A DNA stretch of 64,000 bases from positions 1,054,001 through 1,118,000 of the forward strand of contig NW_019028982.1 of assembly GCF_002105155.1 (NCBI RefSeq), given 5' to 3'. The notes under the pieces were generated by a model. That model was given only the letters and a program-made list of their open reading frames with translations, was not told where the DNA came from and did no database searches. Origin of the DNA: Lobosporangium transversale. Its lineage: Eukaryota. This document shows positions 51,001 through 62,698 of the stretch, piece by piece (position 1 is the first letter of the stretch; each line of letters opens with the position of its first letter). Both the position numbers and the translations under genes were made by a program.

Positions 51001-53231
51001 TATACGGATTGCGGCCCGGAGTTATTTGATAACACTGGTACAAGACAAATTTCGATACATCGCATCTTGATATAATGGCGACTTCAGATTGTACAGTTTT
51101 AATAACATGTCAATCGGCTTCTGTATATTGACTGTTTCATAGAAAAAGACGATATTAGTGAGTTACTCCAGCTGGTAATCGACGTTCTTCAAATTGCGGA
51201 CGAGCTACTTATGGATCGTCTTAAGGAGATCTGTGAGAACGTACTCGGCGAACAAGGTGAGGAACATTTTTTTCCTGATATTTGTCTTTAACTGTATCCA
51301 CGATGGAATAATGAGTTTGACCTAATCTTCATCTATCAAGTTCGTGCAAAGACTGTAGTCGCCTTTTTGGAAATCGCGTTAATGTATTCAGCTGAGTCGC
51401 TACAAACGACATGCCTAAACTATTTATGCCATAACATTGAAATGGTTCTCGATCAGAGGTAAGAGCACTAGTTTTGGTAGCTCGATAGCATCATCACAGA
51501 GGACTATCCTTAACTTTTTATTGTTGCTGTTTGTATTTGTAGATGGTTGGAGGACGTTGATGGCGATGTTTTGGAGCTTGTGGAAAAAACTCTCAAAGGA
51601 AAGCAAGATTCTTTTATGCCATTCATCCGATCTGGAGGCCATTTACCAGACCCAGAAAAAGTAGAGAGAGTTCGCCAGCAAGTCAAATTAGACGGCTATA
51701 ACCATTTCTTACCGCGAGGTACATACAAACCGGATGTACATCATTCTCGGCAAAACCACGACAGAGAATCAGAACAGGCTCGTATAGCATCACAGGTTGT
51801 GGCACATGAATTTGCTGCACTGCTTCCGTCACAATCAACACCAATTCCGTCACAAATCCGTTCCACAACATCCTCACAAGTTCTGGAAGATCTTCACACT
51901 CGGAATATGGCTCAAAGACAGCAACAGCCATATGCATTGCCATATGGTGGAGGCGTCACAGGGTGGCCGACCTTAACGGATAGTGCCACACTGGACCTGA
52001 AAGATATTCCACAATTAGCCAGAAGAAAAACCAACTGGGATCACGTACCCACTATGGAAGGCACGAGGCTATCTGAAGATGGCACTGAAACTGTCTTATC
52101 AGAGGGACTATCCGTTAAGCCATCTTTCCGAGAAATTCAAGATCAAGAACAACGCCAGGGGCAAAATAGCTCGATCAGGGTAATTTCCGCATCCAGTCCA
52201 GTAGCCAATCCCAAAGCTAGTAAAATGTCGCAAAAGGAGCGAAGAAAACTATTGCAGCAACAGCAGCCATTGCCTGTGTTAGAGCAGCCCCAGTCTTCTC
52301 AAACAGCTTCCATAACGCCTGTTTGGGGTAAAGTAGCGTCGACAAATGTGACAGATTCAGTAGTTGGTGGAGCTGGTGGATCAAGTATGGTACAGCGACA
52401 TGGCATATCCAATGGACCCAATAGCGGCCTAATAACCAATACTCCAAGCCTATTAGACATTCAACAAAACGAGCTCTCTATTTTCCGAGCCCAGTCCAAA
52501 GAGATTCCTCGAGTAGCTGTTGCCACATCTAAACCTCTCAAGGAAACAATGTGAGTATTGTATCCACTATATTATTATTATTATTTTTCCTTTATTTTAT
52601 TTGGAGGTATACATTGCTAGTATGACAGGGCATTAACGTTCCATACGACGATTATTCTAGGCGAGTAAATGGGACAGAAAAATCATTTTCTGAAGCGCCT
52701 TGGCGATTGGATGCCATCCCTGAACCTCTACGAGCTGTGACACGACATCAAAACCAGATGTATCCTAAACTGGAATCCAGTACCAGTCATAGCCACGGCC
52801 ACAGCCACAGTCATGCACCTTCACTTGGATCATTGGGATCCCTATCTTTTAGCGCTGCCCGACCCAACGGATCTTTAGGCAGCCTCTCAGAAGGATCATT
52901 GATAGGACATGCAAGCGGACGTCCAACAAGCAACGCTGCACCGACACCAACCGCTCTCTCTCCGTCCGCAATGTCACCAATGTCGCCGTTTACGTCTTCG
53001 AATGGCATTGGGCCCTCATTATCATCATTTGCTCTCATCCAGAACCAGCAATTGCGTGATCGCAACTTGTTGTTGCGAGCACGACATCACAAGAAAAGTC
53101 TTTATCAGATTCAGATTGAAGAGCAGGCGCTGCGGCGCTTACGTGCCATGAACATGGATCGTATACGGGCCAAGGTTATCGAAGGCACTGGTGAATGGTT
53201 CACTTGTGAGATCTTGGAGAGAATGGTATAG
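48089..53231 (+). CDS. Ankyrin-RCC1-BTB/POZ protein (IBTK / fission-yeast Btb1-like), multi-exon
   Basis: Ankyrin repeats (DLESGWTALHRALYLG), RCC1 repeats (YTWGSNSNFTLG, GSNKYGQLG, FTFGFNFGQLG) and two BTB domains (AHRIVLAARSP, HQMILGHRSPFF). The tail has SQKERRK and KKSLYQIQIEEQA. Confidence 0.9.
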
Positions 53232-53341
53232 ACGTATATTATTTATGTTTTGCTCCGAATGGAGAACGGATTAATATTAGAAGGATAGACAATAAAACCC
53301 AGTGTCGAAAATGAGAAAGAAAATGGGGATTGTGGATTTCT

Positions 53342-53485
53342 GCAAGGGTCTTTGTAGACACTCGATCCCGGGCGAAGCGTAAGCCGAGACGATATTAGGT
53401 GCCCTCGCCAGGGCCTGGTCCTCAGTTGAGGAGCGAGTTCAAGCCACTGTGGTTGGTGTCTTGCTGTACACTAGCACTACCTTGC
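53342..53485. ncRNA. Candidate structured RNA element, family unidentified
   Basis: 57% GC (85/150 counted over 53341-53490) in AT-rich intergenic DNA, with nested complementary segments (see findings). Confidence 0.3.
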
Positions 53486-53691
53486 TACGGATAAACAAAC
53501 AAAAGAGTGACTCTGTGTGAGCGTAATGACATGATGAGGAAATTTTTTGTGCTTGAATCTTTATTTGGGAGGACTGCTATTGGGACATGATCATAAACTG
53601 CTGAATAAGCTTATGGGATCCTCCATTTTCTACTTATTTTTTCACCTCAATCAATTCAAAAACAAGTGACAACCAATCATAAAAAGAAAAA

Positions 53692-55635
53692 TCAATCATT
53701 TTCACGGGCTAGTATCAATGTCAAGGCCATTTGGTGTTGTGGGATCAGATTCTGCTGACGAAGCATGAATCTAGGTGTATGCGCTGATGATCTCATTGAG
53801 AGCGATGGAGAGCGTCCTTCGGAAGAAACCGTGGAGGATTCCTGTGATGTCGGTGTTAAAGAAGATGTCACTTTGGACCCATGACAACCATTGAATCTTT
53901 TATCTTCAGCCCTCCTCAACTGTGTGAGTCTTAGATCCTGCCGTTTACTTGTCTGTGGTTCAGCTGCTGAAAGAGTACACGTCTGATTGATCGTAGTGTA
54001 CGACAAAGCTTTTGTAGATCCTGAATTAAGATTTACTAGTTGGTCCAAGGTAGACTCGCCATCACCACTATTCAAGGGTTCGAATGCTAAGCCTAATAGA
54101 TTCTCGTCTGCTTGCTGTAGGCTTAAAATGTTCATCTCCAAGCTATTTTCAGAGTTCAAGGTCGCCATGTTGAAGTAATCAATATCCTCATCAGACTCTT
54201 CGTTGGCATTGACGGTCCTCTGCTCATTGTGGGAAACTGAAATACCAATCATAGGTGTAGATGGGGCTGTGATAGGATCAGCGTGGACGTATTGCTGCAG
54301 AATCCCTTCAAAGTTGTCGGTCAGCCAAGGGTCAGGGCTCTCAAACTGTGGGTGCTCATATCCGAGGAATACCTCTGTTCCAAAATTAGGCCCAGATTTC
54401 TTGTGAAGAGACTTGTCAGGCACGACTAAGTTCTTGTTATCATTTGGACAAGACCTCTGACTACTTCCTCCCCTTTCTTTATCATCTTCACCTTCATCTC
54501 TCTCTTTTGTTTGTCCTTTGGATAGACTATTTGGTGATTGATCTACATGATTTTCTACTTGCTGTATGAAAGATTCTTGCACAATAGATTCATCTCGTTT
54601 AAGTTTAGCACGCCGGTTTTGGAACCACACTTGAATGGTCCGCTGATCAAGTTTAAGGTGATCTGCAATCTTTTGACGGTCTTTGGTCGTAGGTTTTTCG
54701 TTAAGATAGAACTGATCAAGCAAGTATTCTGTCTCATCTATAGTCAGACGTCGACGACGACTATGGTCACGATTCGTCAATATCGACTCTGATGAAATCG
54801 AAGAAGACGTACAGCTTGAAGGAGAAGATAATGCTCGTGATGTTTTTGTGGGTACTGTCACCGTTTCTGCCGTAAAGAGTTGATGAGAAGAGCCAGTCGC
54901 TATAGGATCATTTCGACAACGTCCTTTGGATGACTTGAGAATTTGCTGGTCGTAAATAGTAGCAGCATTCAGTTGAGGCAATAAAGACTTATCTGAACGA
55001 ATTGCATCACTTTTGACAAGTTCTGTAGAACAGTCAATGCTATTGGGATTCGGTATATAAGCTACTGAGACTGAGAAACTATCAGGTGGATGTGACAGAG
55101 ATTGCTCCTGTCCGTACAAGGATTGGGACCGTTGAATGGCTGAAGGACTAAGCTGTGCTTCTCTGTATTTGTCGTGCCTAAATGTTGGGATGCATTCATG
55201 CAATTCTGGGCCTGAAAACACGTCTTCTTGGAGCTGCCATTGCTTTTCCCAGAGCATTTGACGTTTTGTATGAAGCATTCCATGCTGATTTTGACAATAT
55301 TGATCTTGTTGACTTATTTCAAAGCGAATATCATTCAAATCAAGCGGAGTGGCCAGTGTGAGCCATGGTTGCAATTGCTGTAATTGCTGTAATTGCTGTG
55401 GTTGAGATAATTGCCAATGGTGAATGGGATTTTCTAACGTGTCTTGCGAGGAGACCTGAAAAGCTGTAACAGGAAATTCTTGAGATGTCGCTTTTATGTC
55501 CATGAAGTTTAAAGCAGGCTGTAGGACGGGTATGTACAGTGGTATAGCCGAGTCAACAGTGGTTGACATGGAGCTGTTCTGGGTCAGGAGAGAAGCAAGA
55601 CCAAATGGTGTGATATTTTCTTCGCCTTGCAACAT
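53692..55635 (-). CDS. Homeodomain transcription factor, 647 aa, intronless
   Basis: RRRRLTIDETEYLLDQFYLNEKPTTKDRQKIADHLKLDQRTIQVWFQNRRAKLKR. Confidence 0.92.
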   Translation of the reverse strand: MLQGEENITPFGLASLLTQNSSMSTTVDSAIPLYIPVLQPALNFMDIKATSQEFPVTAFQVSSQDTLENPIHHWQLSQPQQLQQLQQLQPWLTLATPLDLNDIRFEISQQDQYCQNQHGMLHTKRQMLWEKQWQLQEDVFSGPELHECIPTFRHDKYREAQLSPSAIQRSQSLYGQEQSLSHPPDSFSVSVAYIPNPNSIDCSTELVKSDAIRSDKSLLPQLNAATIYDQQILKSSKGRCRNDPIATGSSHQLFTAETVTVPTKTSRALSSPSSCTSSSISSESILTNRDHSRRRRLTIDETEYLLDQFYLNEKPTTKDRQKIADHLKLDQRTIQVWFQNRRAKLKRDESIVQESFIQQVENHVDQSPNSLSKGQTKERDEGEDDKERGGSSQRSCPNDNKNLVVPDKSLHKKSGPNFGTEVFLGYEHPQFESPDPWLTDNFEGILQQYVHADPITAPSTPMIGISVSHNEQRTVNANEESDEDIDYFNMATLNSENSLEMNILSLQQADENLLGLAFEPLNSGDGESTLDQLVNLNSGSTKALSYTTINQTCTLSAAEPQTSKRQDLRLTQLRRAEDKRFNGCHGSKVTSSLTPTSQESSTVSSEGRSPSLSMRSSAHTPRFMLRQQNLIPQHQMALTLILAREND

Positions 55636-55656
55636 CTGCTAAAGGTATCCTGAGAG

Positions 55657-55698
<42 letters not shown>

Positions 55699-56067
55699 AA
55701 GGATAGATCGTTCTCTGAGGATTTTTTTTATTCGTAAATCTACTTTCTATTAACCTAGATTACAGGAAAAACATAAATTTAATAACAATGGGTTTATAGT
55801 TTTGAAAAGGCAAGTGTTGTTGTGATGAGAAACTGAACGAAAATCCTCCGAAACTATCATCAAATGAAAAATAAAATGATGGAAATCTTTTAGGGAAGAC
55901 AGCATATTGGAACCATGCACGTGTTAGTGCAAAGTTCACGAACAAGATTAAGACAGGAACAGTTCTTCTGTCTCTCCTCAGCATATTTCTTTGAAATTGC
56001 TTTGTCGCATGTAAAATACTTTTCACACGTTCCTTTTCATCTTGGCGACCTTCATCTACAAAATTCA

Positions 56068-57789
56068 ATGGCTACACCTCAGTTAATAGACACTCAGCCT
56101 GCACACTCACCACGCCAGCTCCAACAGCGAGATCCCGAGCATTCAGCACAGCAGCCTGGTCAATCCATACAATCTGTTTTCCCTTCTGACTTTGTCTTTC
56201 AGCTGATTCTGGAGCAGTTTTGGGGCGATGGCGTGTCCAAACGCGAGATCCGCTCAGTCTACACAACCGCCGCCGATGCTAATGCAGCATGCTGTGACTA
56301 CCTCCTCCGGACATGGCCTCGCGATCAGTTCACACTCTATGAAATCGGGGCCTCACCTCAACGATCCGAACTTAGTAAAGTCTCCGCTCTGATCAACGGC
56401 GATCGATTCCATGTTTGGGTCGAGCGACATCCTTGGAAAGGCACTCTTGACTTTTCTTCAAAGGCGATTGCAAAAAGAGCAGGCAAGGGACCAAATGCTT
56501 ATATCCTTCAGCGGACAATTAAAGATGCCTCTGGTGGTAAGCGACGGTCGACCACTCGAGGTATTTTCGCCACCCGTCAGTTAGCAAAGGAGGCCTTAGT
56601 AAATGATCAGCCTCCGTCAGAATGGTCATCAAATCAAGGCTATGTCCTCGAACCGGGTGGAGAATACGCTCATGCACTTTCACCGACAGGGAAAACAGCC
56701 TGGCTGTTCATCGAGGTTCGGCCACTATACATGTGTTACATACCGCTAGAACAAGAATTGCAGGACACAAGGGGGGGTTCTTCGTCATTACATCTCGGAA
56801 CTTCGCCTTTCAACCCTATTAGTCTTGACCACGCTGATGACGGCATACTATCCATTCCCTCATCGCCATCCAACCTCTTGCATCCCTCCATTCACCAACC
56901 TCGTGCCATTTTTGACAGCCCTTTTTCTCCTATCCCTTCTAATCCAGACGAGGCAGGTGCATTTGTTTACCTGGTTCTTCAGCTTAAAACCATTCCCTAT
57001 ACTCCACCCATTTTGACGGTCGAGGCAGTTGCATATGAAATGGACGTAGCTAACAGATTCGGCATCAGGCTCTTGGAAGAATTTGGTGGGCCTGGGGCAT
57101 TGTTTGAACCAATATTTCGAGAGGATGGTTGTTTTCAAGGTGTCTTGGAGCAACGTACTCGTGACGAAGGACTAACCGTCTGGGTGGAGAAGAGAGCTGT
57201 AGTAATAGGGGATGAGAGCCTGGATTTCGATTTGGTTTCTGACCATGGATCAGTTCAGCTGAATAGAATGCATCAGGATATAGAGCATCGAAGTCCTACA
57301 TCATCGTCATTTGCTTCTCCTTCTGCTGTGACGGTAGAACGCAAACGAGGGGAACCTCAAGATGGATTTAATTCAACAGGACGACTCACTGCTACAACAA
57401 AAGCACAGGACCAAGCAAAGGTCATGCGTTTAAACTTGGATGACGAAGATCATGCAGTAAACTTATTATCTGATAAGGCAGCTGATTTAGCTGTTAGGTA
57501 CAAGGTCATTAAGAATATTGACTACAATCCTAAAAGCGTAACTGGATCGGAGAAGCTTAAAACTCGCACTATCATCGACACTTCTGAGGATCTTTCAATA
57601 GCACTAGTCAGTGCTCGAGTAGAATTTTACGGCTTATTAGCAAACCTAGACAAAAAAGCAGTCGAGATCAAAGATAATCTTGATGCCGCGTCAAAGGAGA
57701 CGAAAAAAGAAAGAACCATTGAGGCGTGTTCTCGATCTAATCCAGCATTAGTCCTGCTGCGGATCCAGGTTGAGGATAGTCAAGAGTAA
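56068..57789 (+). CDS. Uncharacterised protein with four divergent internal alpha/beta repeats, ~573 aa, intronless
   Basis: Long open frame, with an upstream in-frame ATG at 55915 also possible. The pattern hYhh...hxxhYxTxxxA...hWVE+R recurs. Confidence 0.75.
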   Translation: MATPQLIDTQPAHSPRQLQQRDPEHSAQQPGQSIQSVFPSDFVFQLILEQFWGDGVSKREIRSVYTTAADANAACCDYLLRTWPRDQFTLYEIGASPQRSELSKVSALINGDRFHVWVERHPWKGTLDFSSKAIAKRAGKGPNAYILQRTIKDASGGKRRSTTRGIFATRQLAKEALVNDQPPSEWSSNQGYVLEPGGEYAHALSPTGKTAWLFIEVRPLYMCYIPLEQELQDTRGGSSSLHLGTSPFNPISLDHADDGILSIPSSPSNLLHPSIHQPRAIFDSPFSPIPSNPDEAGAFVYLVLQLKTIPYTPPILTVEAVAYEMDVANRFGIRLLEEFGGPGALFEPIFREDGCFQGVLEQRTRDEGLTVWVEKRAVVIGDESLDFDLVSDHGSVQLNRMHQDIEHRSPTSSSFASPSAVTVERKRGEPQDGFNSTGRLTATTKAQDQAKVMRLNLDDEDHAVNLLSDKAADLAVRYKVIKNIDYNPKSVTGSEKLKTRTIIDTSEDLSIALVSARVEFYGLLANLDKKAVEIKDNLDAASKETKKERTIEACSRSNPALVLLRIQVEDSQE

Positions 57790-57933
57790 TAATATAGATT
57801 GTAATAACAATAATATATAGTGGAATCACACACCTAAACCCTCCGCCACCGCATCTCGCCCTCAAACATCTCTCTGTTACATCATGAGCACTGCGTCCGG
57901 AACAACTGCCATAACCCTGTGAGTCATTATTAT

Positions 57934-57968
<35 letters not shown>

Positions 57969-60463
57969 AGCACTTGGGCTGACATCAAACTACAAACAAC
58001 CGAGCAAAGAACTTCAACGCATATTCAGCTGTCGGTAATGAGGGTGAAGACTTCCGTCAGTCACTCTTGCACGATATTACATTGACGCAGAGAAAGTCTG
58101 ATAGCTTGACCAAAGAGAACATTCAGAAACACGCTCACTTGATCCTCATGCGATCCTATACCTCTGCTAAATGATTAGTTCATATTCCCATCCTGTTATA
58201 ATGCACTCAATTTGAATATGTGTCCACTTCTCTCTAGAAAACGTCCATTGTCCACCATGCCTCTCTGTGGCAATACTCCGTTCATAAGGCTTGATCGAGG
58301 TATCATGCTCTTATTTTGGCATTTGTGAGCAAGATGATAGATTTGATAATGTGATCCCAACCTGGCAGGTCAATAGAAGCTCCCTCATCTACTCTGTGCT
58401 TGTCCAGTCGCGTTCATCAGCTATAGGCATTGCCTTAGGAAATGTCGTAATTGACAGCTAAAGTTCTTTGTTGGAGTATAGCTCGTAACTTGAAGCACCC
58501 TTCTTACTATAACCATCGACTATAGCAGTGGTGTTGACGAAGGTTTAAAAAAAGTTGTATCTGCGTCATCCACCATCACATCCCCACCCCGAACGATGCC
58601 AACACATGCGATTATAGTATTAATCTTGAATATTAGCATATATACAGCCTACCCATCACATTCTCAAACTTATCTTTTCTGCTACATCTGTTAGCGCCAA
58701 GTGCTCCAAAGTCTATAACCTTGTCATTATGAGCTTTCAAGGCTTTGTTCTGTGAGACAAACAAGGCCATACCCTTCACTCAAGAGATCATGTAAAGCGA
58801 AAACAGTGATGAGCCATCAGGTCGTACTATAACGCAGGGTGAGCTCCACCATACCATCAATGGTCACCTGGCTTCGCTACAGTCGCCAATGTTTGTTTGC
58901 TTGAGAAGGATCTTTCGCGATGAGGAGTACAATAGAGAGACAGTTATGGACGTTAAAGACTAAATCGAAGCAGCTAGGTGACAATCCATGTGACAGAATT
59001 GATCGTGAAAATTTGATTGGAATAAATAGAATGGTTTAAACAACACTAACCACATTTGAGGTTGTTTAGAGACTGGATGAGGCGGAATCAGCCCTTGGTT
59101 CCGGCGTCCAAGTGTTTTAAATTAACAATAATAAACAACAATTGCCTAAAAGAGGGCAACAAAACTTGCTTGCTGCTTTATTATTACCAATTTATTTATT
59201 TAATTAATGAATGGGTTAGAGATGTCTTTGACCTAGAAGCATGTTCAATATATTCTCTATAATATATAAATATTAATATTAGGGCTTAACAATGTGCAAT
59301 TTACATCCTTTCTCAATTTCTTTCCCGCCAATTTTTCAGTTGCTTATTTGCTTATGCATTTTGTTACAAATGGTGTATTGTGCTCACTTCATTTTTTTTT
59401 TAAATAAAAGTATGGATGAAGAGAACGTTGAGTAGATTCAGCATTACGTTGTCGCTGAGGCTTGCTTTACATATGTAATAGACTTCAAGCTGCAGACCGC
59501 AATGAAATATGATCTAATATAATATAATATATATATTTATATTTATATTAGAAGATCACTAGCCAATAGCCAATGAGTGGACAGCAGATGTAGTAAGCGA
59601 AGGCTTAGTCAAGCAAGGCACTTGATTTGTGCATGTTTTCAAAGGAGTGTTTGAAATAAATTCAGGCACGGACAGAGAAGTGTCAGGGTAAAATATCAAA
59701 TGTTACACAAAGGAAAACTAAAATATGGACTGGACTATTGGAGGGCCGATCACTTGGCCACGGGAATATTTTATTTATTTTTATTGCAGTATAGTTCGAT
59801 CGGGTCTTTTCTCTGTTTGTGTGCAACAGAAATGGAACACTTTGTAACTGGCATGCATAAATGCATGCAGGACAAGTCTCCCCTCCAATACTTACTGCTC
59901 CCTTTGAGTAATCAAACGTGCGCTGTGATCAAACACAAACTTTAACAGCACTTTTTACTCGGTTGCTGTTTCATGAAAGGGAATGTCTATATAACCTCTT
60001 CCTTCCCCACCTCTGAATTAAGCATTTTTTCCCTTCACTACTCCATCTTCGGCTATCATTTGTCAGGCTTCTCCTTCTTCAAGGACAATACTCTTTCCTC
60101 CTCTTCCTTCCTCTCTCCATCTCCTTCCTCCTTTTCCTCGTCTGGTAACTCAGGATCATTCGTTGATTCTAACCACCAGATATTCCTGCCTTCGCCACCC
60201 GCCCGTTTCTTCTTGAAAACACCATCTGAATGCTATTGTACTGAACGTCAGTTACCTCTCAGCCACGCCCATTTTACATCTTGCACAGTACATTTGTGCC
60301 TAATTCTTTTTTTTTTTTTTTTTTTTTTTTTTCCTCCACTTGCACATCTTACATTCAACAATTCATTTGCTCAGTCCTCCAGTTCCCCAGCCCTATTAAT
60401 TTACCCCTATTCTCCTTACTCTGGCACTCCCCCTCCGCCATATAAAGTATCATCATCAACACA

Positions 60464-62376
60464 ATGGTTTCAAAGATGCAGATCCATCGACAAGTCTATC
60501 TTGTCGTCATCTGGCTTGCTTGTATTACGATTCTCAATCAGTTCGTGCTCGCAGGTGCGCCTGAAATTCAGCCCGGCGTGCCTATGAAATCTGCTCCTGT
60601 GCACCTGGTGCGCCGTTCGGACGCTGGTCGTCAACGAACAACGATGAAGTTCAAGCCCATGAACAGTATCCAGCTCCGGTTCATCGAGGCAGATAAGAGC
60701 GAATACTATGATGCGTGCCATCACGTTGACATGAATGTTGAACTCAAGTCTGACGATGGCAGTCGTACAATCGAAGCCTTGAACCCATTTGCATTCCAGC
60801 ATGCTGTCAAATCAATCTCATGTGCCAATGCATCTTCTCAGTTGGACATTGAATTGGATCCTGTATATGCAAAACAAGTGCGTCGCTGGAACTTCTCACC
60901 TCGAAATGTGTTCGGCATTGTGATCCCACACGACTTTGTGGATCTCAAAAAAAACAAAGCTTGCTACACAGGCTTGGATTCTACAGCAAAGAAATGGATT
61001 GAAGAAAATCCTATGGAAACTGTCGTTAAGTTGGTCAAGGATCCAAGGTTCCTGGATGCTAAGAGCCCCAATACTGTCAGTTTTACCATCGTCAAGACTG
61101 ATATCTGGTCTCAGATGAACCGTGTTCAATCAGTCCATATAAATCACCGACCTCTTGACACAATGCTCTCTAAGGTTCTCTCCAAGCGCTCTACTGCTTA
61201 TGAGCAGGGCCCCATGTGGGATTTTGAACATGATTTGTCTTCAGGTACCAAGGCCGTTGATGAACATGTCACTGCTGAAAACGTTCATGCTGACTTGGAT
61301 CGAAGCTCTGTAAAAGGATATGGTATGTAAAATGTGACAACTTATCTACGTTGACTATATTTTGTCATGATTATGATTACTGTTATAATTGCTATTTCGC
61401 ATGCGCAATCAAAGCAAATTCATGTCTTTTATAGCATAGCATCAACCCCACCTTACTCATAAGCAATGCTCTTGCCATCATAACTTGAATAGCTCAGGCG
61501 GATATGGCTTGGAAGCAGACATGCATCAAGGGCATCTTCACAGGCAAGATGCGCTGTGCTAACTGGGGTATCTCAAATTCGAAAATCTCAGGCGTAACGG
61601 AAATCAAGCATCAGACACAGATCACGGTCAAGAACAAACAGGAAGGAGTCATGGCTGCTAGCGCTGATGGCCCACCTCTATTAACTCTTACCAACATTAG
61701 CATCACCACTCCTTCATTTGACTTGATGGCCCCTATCCCTCTCCTTGGCTTTAGCGTTCCTGGCGTCTTCGATATGGGAGCCAATGTTGGCCTTGGTGGA
61801 ACTGTCTCCCTTGCTGTCATTGTACAGGCTACTGAGGACCTTTTGGTTAACACTGGAAGTAGCACAAGTTGTCCATGGATCATTGACTGGAATGGCAGTT
61901 TCACAAAGATCCCTACGATCCAATTTGGCACCTGCAGTAAACCAGATACCCCCAAGTCTCTTAACAGACGCTCAATTGACAATCGTGCCTCTATTAACGA
62001 CGCTTTTTATTTTGGCTCCGACCCGGCAACCGCATCCAAGAGCAATACAAGATTGAAGCTGGCAGCAACAGAGGGCGGGTCCCGTGAGACAGCTGAAGTC
62101 AGAATTGGCATGACAGTCTCACCCTCATTGACTATGGGCCTCAAGGTCTTTGGTATTTCTACACTCTCTGCCGGTATTAATGCACCCATCAGGCTAGGAA
62201 TCCACACTTACTGGGATACTGACAGCACTTCTACATGTCCTGCTGACCATGTTGCACTCTCTGCTGAAGGTGGAGCCTCTCTAAACCTTGTTGGAGGTTT
62301 CTTTGGGTTCAGCAAGTCCATTCCTGTCGTACAAAGCCCAGCGCTAGAGACGCCTGCTGTCTGTATCCCTCACTAA
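60464..62376 (+). CDS. Secreted beta-sheet-rich protein (DUF7029/DUF7223-like), 2 exons, ~580 aa
   Basis: Signal peptide VYLVVIWLACITILNQFVLA. Exons 60464-61322 and 61493-62376 join in frame. PLLGFSVPGVFDMGANVGL resembles fungal secreted DUF7223-type domains. Confidence 0.8.
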
Positions 62377-62698
62377 ATGATAATAATAATAATGACAACC
62401 ACGATAATGGCCACAATAGCATAAATCCTCTCCCCAGTTTGGCACTCATGCTGTGCATGATTTCTAAAGGAAGCTGGACGCATCATATCTACGTGTACAG
62501 GAAAAACATTTTACTTTTCGCCTCAATCGCATCATGCCACAATATACCAAAGTATAATAAATGAAAAATGTGATATAACATACTATATTATATTATTTAC
62601 ATCACTAACGTTATGAATTATTAATATTAAATAAGGCATTAGAGTCCAATGTACATAAAGAATAAGATACAGGCTTAAGAAGGGTTCGATCTCTCACT

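Noticed and set aside
53412..53455. Resemblance to tRNA-Sec (TCCTCAGT D-arm-like hairpin followed by TTCAA)
   Set aside because: No pairing anticodon stem, T-arm or acceptor stem can be built.
53531..53604. Possible C/D snoRNA (ATGATGA ... CTGA)
   Set aside because: No terminal stem or recognisable rRNA-complementary guide; such short boxes occur by chance.
53692..57789. Divergent homeobox pair as an HD1/HD2 mating-type locus
   Set aside because: The partner gene has no homeodomain, and known Mucoromycota sex loci use HMG genes.
57990..58960. Stop-riddled coding-like stretch on the minus strand
   Set aside because: No identifiable domain; insufficient support for a pseudogene call.
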